A DNA stretch of 64,000 bases. Source: Mobula birostris. Its lineage: Eukaryota. Of the stretch, positions 23,321 through 36,210 are shown piece by piece. The stretch lies in assembly GCF_030028105.1 (NCBI RefSeq), contig NC_092371.1, forward strand, positions 46,738,439-46,802,438. The letters are read 5' to 3'. The translations under genes were made by a program, and so were the position numbers. How positions within the stretch are numbered: the stretch's first letter is position 1; the number at the start of each line of letters is the position of its first letter. The notes beneath the pieces were generated by a model. That model made no database searches and was not told the DNA's origin. It saw only the letters and a program-made list of their open reading frames with translations.

Positions 23321-25478
23321 AATGCCTGGCCCCCTCATGGCTGTATCATCTGCCATGCAGTGCTTCCTGTACATCATTTAGTTTTCTTTTAATGAGATCC
23401 AGTTATATATCTGTGGCCCAATCAGCTGTGGGAGCATTGCACAGTGAGGAGGTTACTCGCAGGTCGGGAGTGCTTGTTTGAAAAGGAGAGCTTTGTGGGC
23501 CCAGTCAGCAGTAGGAGCAGCGTTCAGTGAGGAGGTTATTTGCAGGCTGGCACTGCTCATTTAAAAAGAGAGCTTTCCCGGGCATTCGGTGGTGTTCTGG
23601 CGGCCCAGTCAGCGGCAGGAGCAAGGCAGAGAGGGTTAAATAGAAGTATAGAAGGGACAACAGAAACGGTGATTGCTGGAGCAGCCGTTGTTGGGAGTGG
23701 ACCAGTGGTGAGAGTAGGAGTGTCAGGCTTTGACTCAAAGGAGCTTCAGCTCAGAAGAGGTGTTGGCTCTGGGTAAGTTTCTGTTAAGCTTCCCTTTTTT
23801 CTGACTGTGTCAGGGGTACCTAGTGTATCTTAAATGACCATTGTGTGTTCTTTATGCCAGATGTTGAAGTCCTGGGAGAACCAGAGATTCACAGAGAACT
23901 ACATCTGCATGAAGTGCATCCAGCTGCAGCTCCTTGGCGATCTGGAGCAGCAGCTGGATGGCCTTCAGCATGTCCGGGAGAGTGAGGAGATCATCGATCA
24001 GGGCTACAGGGAAGTAATCAACCCGAGGTTGCAGGAAGTGGATAGCTGGGCGACTGTCAGCAGAAGGAATGGGAAGGTGCATAGGTAGCTAGTGCAGAGC
24101 ATCCCTGTGGCCTCATAATAAGTATGCCGTTGTGGAGATGACATCTCCAGGGAATGCCGCTGAGACCAGGTTACCTGCACTGAGCAGGGTTCCATGGTGC
24201 AAAAGGGAAAGAGGGAGAAGAGGGGAGCTGTAGTGATAGGAGACTCAATAGTTAGGGGAAGTAACAGAAGATTCTGAGGATGTGAACAGGACACCTGAAT
24301 GGTATGTTGCCACCCAAATGCCAGGGTCAGGGATGTCTCAGATCACATCCACAGCATTTTGGAGGGGGTGGGAGAGCAGCCACATATCAATGACATAGGA
24401 AGGAAAAGTAAAGAGGTCATGAAGAGAGAATTTAGAGAGCTAGTCAGAAAGCTGAGAAACATGACCTCCAGGGTAGTAATTTCTGGATTGCCACCTGTGC
24501 CACGTATCAGTGAATGCAGAAACAGGATGATTAGGCAGATAAATGCGTGGCTTTGAAGCTGGTGCAGGGGACAGTGCTTCAGGTTCTTGGATATTTGGGA
24601 TCTCTTCTGGGGGGAGGTATGAGCTGTACAAAAAGGATGGGTTGCACCTGAACCTGAGGGGGACCAATTTTCTCATGGGCAAGTGTTTTAGCGTCATTGG
24701 GAAAGGTTTACACTAATCTGGCAGGTGGATGGGATCCAGGGTGAAGGGACTCAGAGTAGGATGGATGGTAAAAAAGAAAAGATAGCGTATAACCAGATCA
24801 GGTTGGCAGGTGGTAAGACAAAATTGCAGCCAGCAGGGTGAGTTTCAGTGCGTTAGGAATACAGAATCAAAAAGAGTAGCAAATACAGTACTCCAAGTGT
24901 TATATCTCAATGCATGGAGTATAAATAAGGTGGATGATCTTGTTGCACTTTTACCGATTGTCAGGTATGATGTTGTGGCCATCACTGAATCGTGGCTGAA
25001 GGATGTTTGTAATTGGGTAAGAATGTCAAAGGTCATACATGGTATTGGAGGAATAGGAACGTAGGCAGAGGGTTTGGTGTGACTCTATTGGTAAAGAATG
25101 ACATCAAATCATTAGTAGGATGCGACATAAGATTGGAAGTCGTTGAACCCTTGTGGGGTGAGTTAAGAAACTGCAAGGGTAAAAGGAGCCTAATGGCAGG
25201 CCTCCAAACAGTAGATGGGATGTGGACTACAGATTACAACAGGAAATAGAAAAGGCATGTCAAAAGGGCAATGTTATGATAACATGCATGTAGATTGGGA
25301 TATCAGATTGGTAATGGATCTCAAGGGAGTGAATTTGTTGCATGTCTATGAGATGGACTTTTACAACAATTTGTCACTGAGCCTATGACGGGATTAGCTA
25401 TACTGGATTGGTTGTAATATAGTGAACTGGAGGCCATTAGGGAGCTTAAGGTAAAGGAAATCTTAAGAGATAGTGATC

Positions 25479-27020
25479 ATAGAAACATAGAAAATAGGTG
25501 CAGGAGTAGGCCATTCGGTCCTTCGAGCCTGCGCCGCCATTCAGTATGATCATGGCTGATCATCCAACTCAGAACCCTGTACCAGCCTTCCCGCCATACC
25601 CCCTGATCCCTTTAGCCACAAGGGCCATATCTAACTCCCTCTTAAATATAGCCCATGAACTAGCCTCAACTGTTTCTTGTGCCAGAGAATTCCACAGATT
25701 CACCACTCTCTGTGTGAAGAAGTTTTTCCTCATCTCGATCCTAAAAGGCTTCCCCTTTATCCTCAAACTGTGACCCCTCGTTCTGGACTTCCTCAACATC
25801 GGGAACAATCTTCCTGCATCTAGCCTGTCCAATCCCTTTAGGATTTTATACGTTTCAATAAGATCCCCCCTCAATCTTCTAAATTCCAACAAGTATAAGC
25901 CTAGTTCATCCAGTCTTTCATCATATGAAAGTCCTGCCATCCCAGGAATCAATCTGGTGAACCTTCTTTGTACTCCCTCTATGGCAAGGATGTCTTTTCT
26001 CAGATTAGGGGACCAAAACTGCACACAATACTCCAGGAGTGGTCTCACCAAGGCCTTGTACAACTGCAGTAGTACCTCCCTGCTCCTGTACTCAAATCCT
26101 CTTGCTATAAATGCCAGCATACCATTTGCCTTTTTCACCGCCTGCTGTACCTGCATGCCCACTTTCAATGACTGGTGTATAATGACACTCAGGTCTCTCT
26201 GCACCTCCCCTTTTCCTAATCGGCCACCATTCAGATAATAATCTGTTTTCCTGTTTTTGCCACCAAAGTGGATAACCTCACATTTATCCACATTAAATTG
26301 CATCTGCCATGAATTTGCCCACTCACCTAACCTATCCAAGTCACCCTGCATCCTCTTAGCATCCTCCTCACAGCTAACACTGCCGCCCAGCTTCGTGTCA
26401 TCCGCAAACTTAGAGATGCTGCATTTAATTCCCTCATCCAAGTCATTGATATATATTGTAAACAACTGGGGTCCCAGCACTGAGCCTTGCGGTACCCCAC
26501 TAGTCACTGCCTGCCATTCTGAAAAGGTCCCGTTTATTCCCACTCTTTGCTTCCTGTCTGCCAACCAATTCTCTATCCACATAAATACCTTACCCCAATA
26601 CCGTGTGCTTTAAGCTTGCACACTAATCTCCTGTGTGGGACCTTGTCAAAAGCCTTTTGAAAATTCAAATATACCACATCCACTGGTTCTCCCCTATCCA
26701 CTCTACTAGTTACATCCTCAAAAAATTCCATGAGATTCGTCAGACATGATTTTCCTTTCACAAATCCATGCTGACTTTGTCCGATGATTTCACCGCTTTC
26801 CAAATGTGCTGTTATCACATCTTTGATACCTGACTCTAGCAGTTTCCCCACCACTGATGTTAGGCTAACCGGTCTATAATTCCCCGGTTTCTCTCTCCCT
26901 CCTTTTTTAAAAAGTGGGGTTACATTAGCCACCCTCCAATCCTCAGGAATTAGTCCAGAATCTAAAGAGTTTTGAAAAATTATCACTAATGCATCCACTT
27001 TTCTTGGGCTACTTCCTTAA
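25479..27020 (-). mobile_element. Young CR1 LINE, 5'-truncated (insert B)
   Basis: ORFs 26573-26998 and 25569-26582, separated by one frameshift: NYRPVSLTS, QHGFVKGKSC, GVPQGSVLGP, KFADD. Tail catagaaacatagaaa. Confidence 0.95.
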
Positions 27021-27644
27021 GCACAATATGATTGAGTTCAACTTGAAATTTATTCTGGAGAAAGTGAAGTCTGACATAGCAATACTGCCGTGCAGTAAAA
27101 GAAATTATAGTGCTATGAGAAAGGAATTTGCCAAAGTAAATTGGAAGGACATGCTGGCAGGGATGACAGCAGAGCAACAATGGCTTGAAGTTCTGGGAAA
27201 AACGAGGAAGGTGCAGGATAGATGTATTCCAAAAATGAAAAAAATATTCAAATAGCGGAACAACCGTGGCTGACAAGGGAAGTCAAAGCTATTGTAAAAG
27301 CCAAAAAGAGAGAAAACAATAAAGCAAAAATTAGTGGGCAGATGGAGGATTGGGAGGTTTTAAAAATCTGCAGAAAGCAACTAAAAAATCATTAGGAGAG
27401 AATAGATGAAATATGAAAGCAAGCTAGCAAACAATATCAAGGTGGATAAAAATATCATTTTCAAGTATATAAGAAATAAAAGAGAGGTAAGAGTGGATAT
27501 AGGACCGCTAGAAAATGAGGCCAGAGAAATAATAATGGGGGACAAGGAGATGGCAGACGAACTAAATGAGTATTTTGTACCAGTTTTCACTTAGGAAGAC
27601 ACTAGAAGTGTGCCAGGTGTTGAAGGGATTGAGGGAAGAGATAG

Positions 27645-27875
27645 CCGGCACACCAATTGTGATATAGAGAGCTACGAGAGAGGAGGTGGTGCACAGGTCC
27701 AGGAGCGAAGTTTAAAGGGGAAAGCTTATTGGGAACTCGGCTATAACTGGTGCACCAATCGTGAGATGGGGAGATATGAGAGAGGAGGTGGCGCAGAGGT
27801 CCGGGAGTGAAGTTTAAAAGCGGAAGGCTTCACTGGAACTCAGCTATAACCGGAGCACCGATAGCGAGTTGGAGA
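27645..27875 (+). repeat. About 2.2 tandem copies of a roughly 102-bp unit at the CR1 5' end
   Basis: gagagaggaggtgg..gcgaagtttaaa..ggaactcggctataac repeated; units start near 27645, 27747 and 27850. Confidence 0.85.
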
Positions 27876-29857
27876 ACAAGAAAGGTTCAGGCATAAAAGG
27901 AAGGCATTGCTTAGCGGAGCGGTCATCAAAGGAGTGGTCACAGACAGAGTAGTCTGAGTCAGAGTGGTAGGGCTTTGGCCCATTCGGGCTTCGGCGAGGT
28001 AAGTAACTAAGTGAACTTCATTTTTCCTTGCATTTTTTAAGGAATAGAGAGCATGCCTGCAGGGTTCATGCTTTCCTCTGGGTGTCAGATGTGGGAGCCC
28101 TGGGAATCTTCCAGTCTCCCAGATAGCCACATCTGCACCAGGTGATTCTGAGAGATCGTGTTTTCGATCTGGAGCTGCCACTAGATGACCTACAGTTTGT
28201 TAGGGAAAGTGAGCAGGAGATAGATAGGAGCTACGAGGAGTTAGTCACCCTGAGGCTGCAGGAGTTAGACAAATGGGTGACTGTCAGGAAGGGAACAGAT
28301 CAGATAGTAGAGAGCACCCCTGTGGCCATCCCCCTCAGTAACAGTAATCTCGTTTTGGATGCTGTTAAAGAGGCTGACCTGACAGAGGACCACCACGGTG
28401 ATCGGGTCTCTGGCACTGAGCCTAGTTCCATGGTCCAGAGGAAGAGAAGAACATGAGGAGTGAGGTAGTCATAGGGTACTCCATAGTGAGGGGAACAGAC
28501 AGGAGGTTCTGTCAGCCTGATAGAGATACCCGCATGGTGTGTTGCCTTCCAGGTGCCAGGGTAGGGGATGTCTCGGATCGGTGCCAGGTCAGTAGGCAGA
28601 GGGGATGGTGTGATTCTCTGTATAAAAAATAATATTAAAACATTAGAAAGGAATGACATCGGATCAGAAGAGTCTCTGTGGGTTGAGTTAAGAAATGACA
28701 AGGGTAGAAGGACCCTAATGGCAGTCGTATACAGGCCTCCAAACAGCAGCTGGGACGTGGATTACAAATTACACCAGGAGATAGAAAGGCGTGTCAGAAA
28801 GGCAATGTCATGATATTCGTTGGAGAATCTAAGATGAAAATGGATTGGGAAAACTAGGCCAGTACTGGACCTCAGGAGGGAGAATTTGTAGTATGTCTAA
28901 GGGATGGCTTTTTAGAACAGCTTCTTACTGAGCCCACTAAGGTTTTGGCTGTGCTAGATTGGGTGTTGTGCAATGATCTGGAGGTGATAAGAGAGCTTAA
29001 GGTTAAGGAACGTTAAGCGAACAGTGATCACAATATGATCGAGTTCACTTTGAAATTTGAGAAGGAGAAACTAAATTCCAATGTGTTGGTATTTCAGTGG
29101 AATAAGGAAAATTACAATGGCATGAGAGAGGAACTGGCCAAGGTTGACTGGAAAGAGACACTAGCAGGAAGGACAGCAGAGCAGCAGTAGCTGGAGTTTC
29201 TGTGAAAAATGAGGGAAGTGCAAGACAATATATTCCAAATAAGAAGAACTTTTCGAATGGAAGAAAAACATTACCATAGCTGACAAGTGAAGTCAGAGCC
29301 AGAGTAAAAGCAAAAGAGAGGGCATACAAGGAAGCCAAGTCTAGTGGAACGATAGAGGACTGGGAAGTTTTTTAAAACTTGCAGAACAAAACTAAGAAGG
29401 TCATTGGGAAGGAAAAGATGAATTATGAAAGGAAGCCGGCAACTAATATCAAAGAAGATACTAAAAGCTTTTTTTAAATATATAACTGGGAAAAGAGAGT
29501 TGAGGGGTAGATATAGGACCAATAGAAAATAATGCTGGAGATATTGTAATGAGAGACACAGAGATTGCAGAAGAACTGAATGCGTATTTTCCATCAGTCT
29601 TCACAGTGGAAGACATCTGCAGTATACCAGACATTCAAGCGTGTCAGGGTAGTGAAGTATGTGCAGTGAAAATTATGACTGAGAAGGTGCTCAGGAAGCA
29701 TAATGGTCTGAGGGTGGATAAATCTCCTAGACCTGATGGAAACCACTCTCAGATTTTGAAGGAAGTAGCTGGAGAGATTCTGGAGGTATTAACAATGATC
29801 TTTCAAGAATCAATAGATTCTGGCATTGTACTGGTTGACTGGAAAACTGCAAATGTT

Positions 29858-30176
29858 CATCATCATAATCATCAGGTGCCATACCCAGTTTGAGCTTTGA
29901 CTGCCATGGCTCACACACTCCTGTTTCAGGACAAGTGGATCAATTCATTGGTATTCATTTCCAGTTCTCTGGCTGCTGTCTCCATCATCATTTGTCTTTG
30001 TCTTCTTCTTGCTTTCTTCCCTTCAATCTTTCCCATAATTACCGTGCATTCTAACTCCTCTTTCCTAATCACATGTCCAATGAAGTTACGTTGCCTTTTC
30101 ATGATCTCATACATTATTTCTCTTTTTGTGTTTGCTCTGTTCATGACATCCTTGTTAGATATTTGTTTCGTCCATG
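29858..30176 (-). mobile_element. RTE-clade LINE 3' fragment inserted in CR1 insert C
   Basis: Minus ORF 29926-30144: KRQRNFIGHVIRKEELE...GKIEGKKARRRQR. (TGA)n-type tail. TSD atgtt at 29853-29857 and 30177-30181. Confidence 0.85.
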
Positions 30177-31758
30177 ATGTTACTCTGCTATTTAAGAAGG
30201 GTGGAAGACAGCAGAAAGGAAACTATAGACCTGTTAGCCTGACATCAGTGTTTGGGAGGTTGTTGGAATCGATTGTCAGGGATGAGATTACAGAGTACTT
30301 GGAGGCACATGACAAGATAGGCCAAAGCCAGCATGGTTTCCTGAAAGGAAAATCTTGCCTGAGTAACCTATTGCAATTTTTTGAGGAAATTGTAAGCAGG
30401 TTAGACAAAGGAGATGCAGTCGATGTGGTGTACTTGGATTTTCAGAAGGCCTTTGACAAGGTACCATACATGAGACTGCTTAGCAAGCTAAGAGTCCATG
30501 GAATTACAGGGAAGTTACTAGCATGGGTAAAGCATTGGCTGATTGGCAGAAAACAGAGAGTGGGAATAAAGTGATCCTATTCTGGCTGGCTGCTGGTTAC
30601 CAGTGGAGTTCCACAGGGGTTGGTGTTGGGACCGCTGCTTTTTACAATATATGTTAATGATTTGGACTATGGAAGCAATGGATTTGTGGCTAAATTTGTC
30701 GATGATACAAAGATAGGTGGAGGAGCAGGCAGTGTTTAGGAAACAGAGAGCCTGCAGAGAGACTTAGATAATTTAGGGGAATGGGCAAAAGAGTGGCAAA
30801 TGAAATACAAAGTTGGAAAGTGTATGGTCATGCACCTCAGTGGAAGAAATAATGGGTAGACTATTATTTATATGGGGAGAGAATTCAAAATGCAGAGATG
30901 CAAAGGGACTTGGGAGTCCTTGAGCAGGATACCCTAAAGGTTGACCTCCAGGTTGAGTCGGTGGTGCAGTAGATGAATGCAATGTTGGTATTCAATTCTA
31001 GAGGTATAGAATATAGGAGCAGGATGTAATGTTGAGGCTCTATAAGGCACTCATGAGACCACACTTGGAGTATTGTGTGCAGTTTTGGGCTCCTTATTTT
31101 AGAAAGAATATACTGTCATTGGGGAGGGTTCAGAGAAGATTCACGAGAATGATTCCAGGAATAAAAGAGTTACTGTATGAGGAACGTCTGGCAGCTCTTG
31201 GGCTGTATTCCCTGGAGTTGAGGAGAATGAGGGGGGATCTCATTGAAACATTCCAAATGTTAAAATGCCTGAAGAGATTAGATATGGTAAAGTTATTTCC
31301 CATGGTAGGGGCGTCTAGGACAAGAGGGCATGATTTCAGGATTGAAGGATGTGCATTTAGAACACAAATGCAGAGAAATTACTTCAGTCAGGGGGTGGTA
31401 AATCTGTGGAATTTGTTGCCATGAGCAGCTGTGGAGTTCAAGTCATAGGGTGCATTTAAGGCAGAGATAGATCAGTTCTTGATTAGCCAGGGCATCAAAG
31501 GGTATAAGGAGAAGACAGGTGGGTGAGGATGACTGGAAGAATTGGATCAGCCCATGATTGAATGGTGGAGCAGATTCGATGGGCTGAATAGCCTACTTCT
31601 GCTCCTATATCTTATGGTCTTATAGAAGAGAAGTGAGTGCAATTACTATTACAAGGGAGAAGGTGCTCAAAACGTAGAAAGACCTAATGGTACATATGTC
31701 ACCTGGACCAGATGAACTGCACACTAGGGCTCTGAAAAAGGTAGTGTTATAGATTTTA

Positions 31759-34557
31759 TAGAACATAGAACATAGAATAGTACAGCACAGTACAGGCCCT
31801 TCAGCCCACAATGTTTTGCCGACCCTCAAACCCTGCCTCCCATTATAACACCCTGCCTTAAATTCCTCCATACACCTGTCTAGTAGTCTCTTAAACTTCA
31901 CTAGTGTATCTGCCTCCACCACTGACTCAGGCAGTGCATTCCATGCAACAACCACTCTCTGAGTAAAAAACCTTCCTCTAATATCCCCCTTGAACTTCTC
32001 ACCCCTTACCTTAAAGCCATATCCTCTTGTATTGAGCAGTGGTGCCCAGGGGAAGAGGCACTGGCTATCCACTCTATCTATTCCTCTTAATATCTTGTAC
32101 ACCTCTATCATGTCTCCTCTCATCCTCCTTCTCTCCAGAGAGTAAAGCCCTAGCTCCCTTAATCTCTGATCATAATCCATACTCTCTAAACCAGGCAGCA
32201 TCCTGGTAAATCTCCTCTGTACCCTTTCCAATGCTTCCACATCCTTCCTATAGTGAGGTGAACAGAACTGGACACAGTACTCCAAGTGTGGCCTAACCAG
32301 AGTTTTATAGAGCTGCATCATTACCTTGTGACTCTTAAACTCTATCCCTCGACTTATGAAAGCTAACACTCCATAAGCTTTCTTAATTACCCTATCTACC
32401 TATGAGGCAAATTTCAGGGATCTGTGGACATGTACCCCCAGATCCCTCTGCTCCTCCACTCTACCAAGTATCCTGCCATTTACTTTGTACTCTGCCTTAG
32501 AGGTTGTCCTTCCAAAGTGTACCACCTCACACTTCTCCAGGTTGAACTCCATCTGCCACTTCTCAGCCCACTTCTGCATCCTATCAATATCTCTCTGCAA
32601 TTGTCGACAATCCTCTACACTATCTACAACACCACCAACCTTTGTGTCATCTGCAAACTTGCCAACCCACCCTTCTTCTCCCACATCCAGGTCGTTAATA
32701 AAAATCACGAAAAGTAGAGGTCCCAGAACCGATCTTTGTGGGACACCACTATCACAACTCTCCAATCTGAATGTACTCCCTCCACCATGACCCTCTACCT
32801 TCTCTAGGCAAGCCAATTCTGAATCCACCTGGCCAAACTTCCCTGGATCCCATGCCTTCTGACTTTCTGAATAAGCCTACTGTGTGGAACCTTGTCAAAT
32901 GCCTTAACTAAAATCTATATTGATCACATCCACTTTACTACTCTCATCTATCTGCCTGGTCACCTCCTCAAAGAACTCTATTAGGCTTGTTAGACACAAT
33001 CTGCCCTTCACAAAGCCATGCTGACTGTCCCTGATCAGACCATGATTTTCTAAATGCCCTTAGATCATATCTCTAAGATCTAAGGAGAGGGAGGAGAAGA
33101 TGGCTGCGCGACACAGCGCGTGCGGCCGTTCCGAATGATATCGTATCTGTGAAGTAGGATGCTGTGCACAATCCTGATTTGATAGAGACAGACGTGAAGA
33201 AGCACGGAGGAACATCTGGAGAAACTTCTGAAATGCCTGCTTCGCTGCTGCTGCTACCGCGCGATCGAGAATCTCCGGAGGGGAAGGCCCCAATTCCTCG
33301 GCATTGCCTATTGCCTGTTGCCGAAGCCGGGTTCGATGCGTTCTGCAGAGATGGTGCTCGGTGCTTGGTGTCGGAGAGCTGGTTGGAGGCTCGGAGTTTT
33401 CGGACGGACTCGGAATTGGACTGTGGTCGGATACTTCCGGGATGCTGCATCAGCAAGTTTGCGACGCTGGAGGTTTACCGTCTGTGTGAGATGATGAGAC
33501 TTTTGAGAGACTTTGAGACTTTATGTGCCCATGGTCTGTTCTTATCAAACTACGGTATTGCTTTGCACTGTTGTAATTATATGTTATAATTATGTGGTTT
33601 TTGTTAGTTTTTCAGTCTTGGTTTGTCATGTGTTTCTGTGATATCATTCTGGAAAAACTTTGCATCATTTCTTAATGCATGCATTACTAAATGACAATAA
33701 AAGAGGACTGTGTGTCCTCATAATCTAAATCTAAGAATCTTTTCCAACAGCTTTCCCACCACAGACATAAGGCTCACTGGTCTATAATTACCCGGATTAT
33801 CCCTACTACCTTTTTTGAACAAGGGGACAACATTCGCCTCCCTCCAATCCTCCGGTACCACTCCTGTAGACAATGAGGACATAAAGATCCTAGCCAGAGG
33901 CTCAGCAATATCTTCCCTCGCCTCGTGGAGCAGCCTGGGGAATATTCCGTCAGGCACTGGGGACTTATCTGTCCTAATGTATTTTAACAACTCCAACACC
34001 TCCTCTCCCTTAAAATCAATATGCTCCAGAACATCAACCTCACTCATGTTATCCTCACTGTCATCAAGTTCCCTCTCATTGGTGAATACTGAGGAGAAGT
34101 ATTCATTGAGGACCTCGCTCACTTCCACAGCCTCCAGGCACATCTTCCCACCTTTATCTCTAATCGGTCCTACCTTCACTCCTGTCATCCTTTTTTTCTT
34201 CACATAATTGAAGAATGCCTTGGGGTTTTCCTTTACCCTACTCGCCAAGGCCTTCTCATGCCCCCTTCTTGCTCTTCTCAGCCCCTTCTTAAGCTCCTTT
34301 CTTGCTTCCCTATATTCCTCAATAGACCCATCTGATCCTTGCTTCCTAAACCTCATGTATGCTGCCTTCTTCTACCTGACTAGATTTTCCACCTCACTTG
34401 TCACCCATGGTTCCTTCATCCTACCATTATTTATCTTCCTCACCAGGACAAATTTATCCCTAACATCCTGCAAGAGATCCCTAAACATCAACCACAGGTC
34501 CATAGTACATTTCCCTGCAAAAACATTATCCCAATTCACACCCACATCTTCTAGCCT
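31759..34557 (-). mobile_element. CR1 LINE, 5'-truncated (insert D)
   Basis: Minus ORFs 33718-34356, 32400-32828 and 31620-32369 carry NYRPVSL, GVPQRSVLGP, KFADD and RPHLEYCVQF. Tail tagaacatagaacatag. Confidence 0.95.
33086..33728 (+). mobile_element. CpG-rich non-coding retroposon (insert E) inside CR1 insert D
   Basis: Head ggagaagatggctgcgcg. Tail gacaataaaagaggactgtgtgtcctcataatcta, also present at 23222-23285. tctaag on both sides; CR1 resumes colinearly. Confidence 0.75.
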
Positions 34558-36210
34558 TAGAGGCATTAGTAATGATCTTTCAAGAATTACTGGACTCTGG
34601 CATGGTTCGGGAGGACTGGAAAATTTCTTTACTGTTTAAGAAAAGAAGGAGGCAGCAGAAAGGAAATTTTAGACTAATTAGGCTGACCTCAGTGTTTGGG
34701 AAGATGTTGGAGTCAATTGTTACGGATGAGGTTATGGAGTACTTGCTGACACAGGACAAGATAGAACAAATTCAGCATGGATTCCTTAAACGAAAATTTG
34801 CAGTGGATGTTGTATATTTGGATTTCAGAAGGCCTTAGACAAGGTGCTGCACATGAGGCTGCTTACCAAGTTAAGAGCCGATGTTATTACAGAAAAGTTA
34901 CTAGCATGGTTAGAGCATTGGTGATGGTTTGGAGGCAGTGAGGGGAGAAATAAAAGGATCCTTTTCTGGTTGGCTGCCAGTGACTAGTGTTGCTCTGCAG
35001 GAGTCGGTGTTGGGACTGCTTCTTTTTATGCTGTATATCAATGATTTAGATGATGGAATATATAACTTTGTTGCCAAGTTTGCAGATGATATGAGGATTG
35101 GTAGAGGAGCAAGTAGTGCTGAGGAAACAGGAAGGCTGTAGAAGGACTTAGACAGATTAGGAGAATGAGCAAGAAAGTGGCAAATGAAATACAATGTTGG
35201 AAAATGCATGGTCATGCACTTTATTTGAAGAAATAAATGTGTCGACTGTTTTCTAAATGGGAAGAAATTCCAAAAGTCTGAGATGCAAAGGGACTTGGGA
35301 GTCCCTGTGCAGAACACCCTAAAGTTTAACTTGCAGGCTGAGTCAGAGGTGAGGAAGGCAAATGCAATGTTAGCATTCATTTCAAGAGTTCAAGAATACA
35401 AGAGCTGGAATGTGATGCTGAGGCTTTATAAGGCACTGGAGAGGCCTCAACTTGAGTGTTGTGACAGTTTTGGGCTCATCTAAGAAAAGATGTGCTGGCA
35501 TTGGAGAGGGTTCAGAGGAGGTTCACAATGATGATCCCGGAAATGAAAGGGTTATCATATGAGGAATGTTTGATATCTCTGCGCCAGTACTCACTGGAAT
35601 TTTTAATGATGAGGGGGATCTCATTGAAACCTTTCAAATGTTGAAAGGCCTAAACAGAGTAGACGTGGAAAAGAATTTTCCCATCATAGAGAAGTCTAGG
35701 ACAAGAAGGCACAGCCTGAGGTAGGGGGGCATCTAGTTAAAGCAGAGGTACATAGAAATTTCTTTAGCCAGAGGCTGGTAAATTTGTGGAATTTGTTACC
35801 ATAGGCGGCTGTGGAGGCCAGGTCACTGGGTGTATTAAAGGCAGAGATTGATATGTTCTTGATTGACCATGGCATCAAAGGTTACGAGAAGAAGGCCGGG
35901 GAGTGGAGCTGACGAGGGAACCAAAAGGATCAGTCATGGTTGAATGGCGGAGCAGACTTGATGGGCCAAATGGTCAATTCTGCTCCTATGTCCAATGGTT
36001 TTACGGATTACTAAAGATTTTGGAATCAAGACGTGTATTTACATGCACAAAAAATCCTTACTTGTAGTAGCAGAGAAATGCAACTTTTCAAATAACTAGA
36101 ATGTTCACCTAATGATGAAACTCATTCAATGGGGTGTTATAAACTCAAATGATTGTGTTAGAATTGAGCATTCCACAGCATTTCTGTGCAGCTCTTGTAA
36201 AATATTGTGC

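Larger units (their letters stand above)
27642..31624 (+). mobile_element. Near full-length CR1 LINE (insert C) with an internal ORF1-ORF2 deletion
   Basis: 5' UTR with tandem repeats, ORF1 remnants 28050-28580, endonuclease ESLWVELRN, RT motifs to 31424, tail tatcttatggtcttat. Candidate TSD gaagaga at 27635-27641 and 31625-31631. Confidence 0.88.
23420..36006 (+). mobile_element. Full-length decayed CR1 LINE (host A), in four pieces: 23420-25478, 27021-27641, 31632-31758, 34558-36006
   Basis: ORF1 zinc finger CSLCQM...CMKC and esterase GDSIVRG (about 24239). ORF2 endonuclease LYLNAWSI and VVAITESWL. RT remnants VDVVYLDF and AKFADD. 3' end ttctgctcctatgtc. The pieces join colinearly across the insertions. 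Confidence 0.85.

Noticed and set aside
29897-30574. 225-aa ORF resembling a membrane protein fused to RT
   Set aside because: The hydrophobic N-terminus is the antisense strand of the inserted RTE fragment running by chance into the CR1 frame.
33164-33589. 141-aa ORF inside retroposon E
   Set aside because: Non-ATG start, no recognisable domain, and open frames on both strands are expected in GC-rich sequence.
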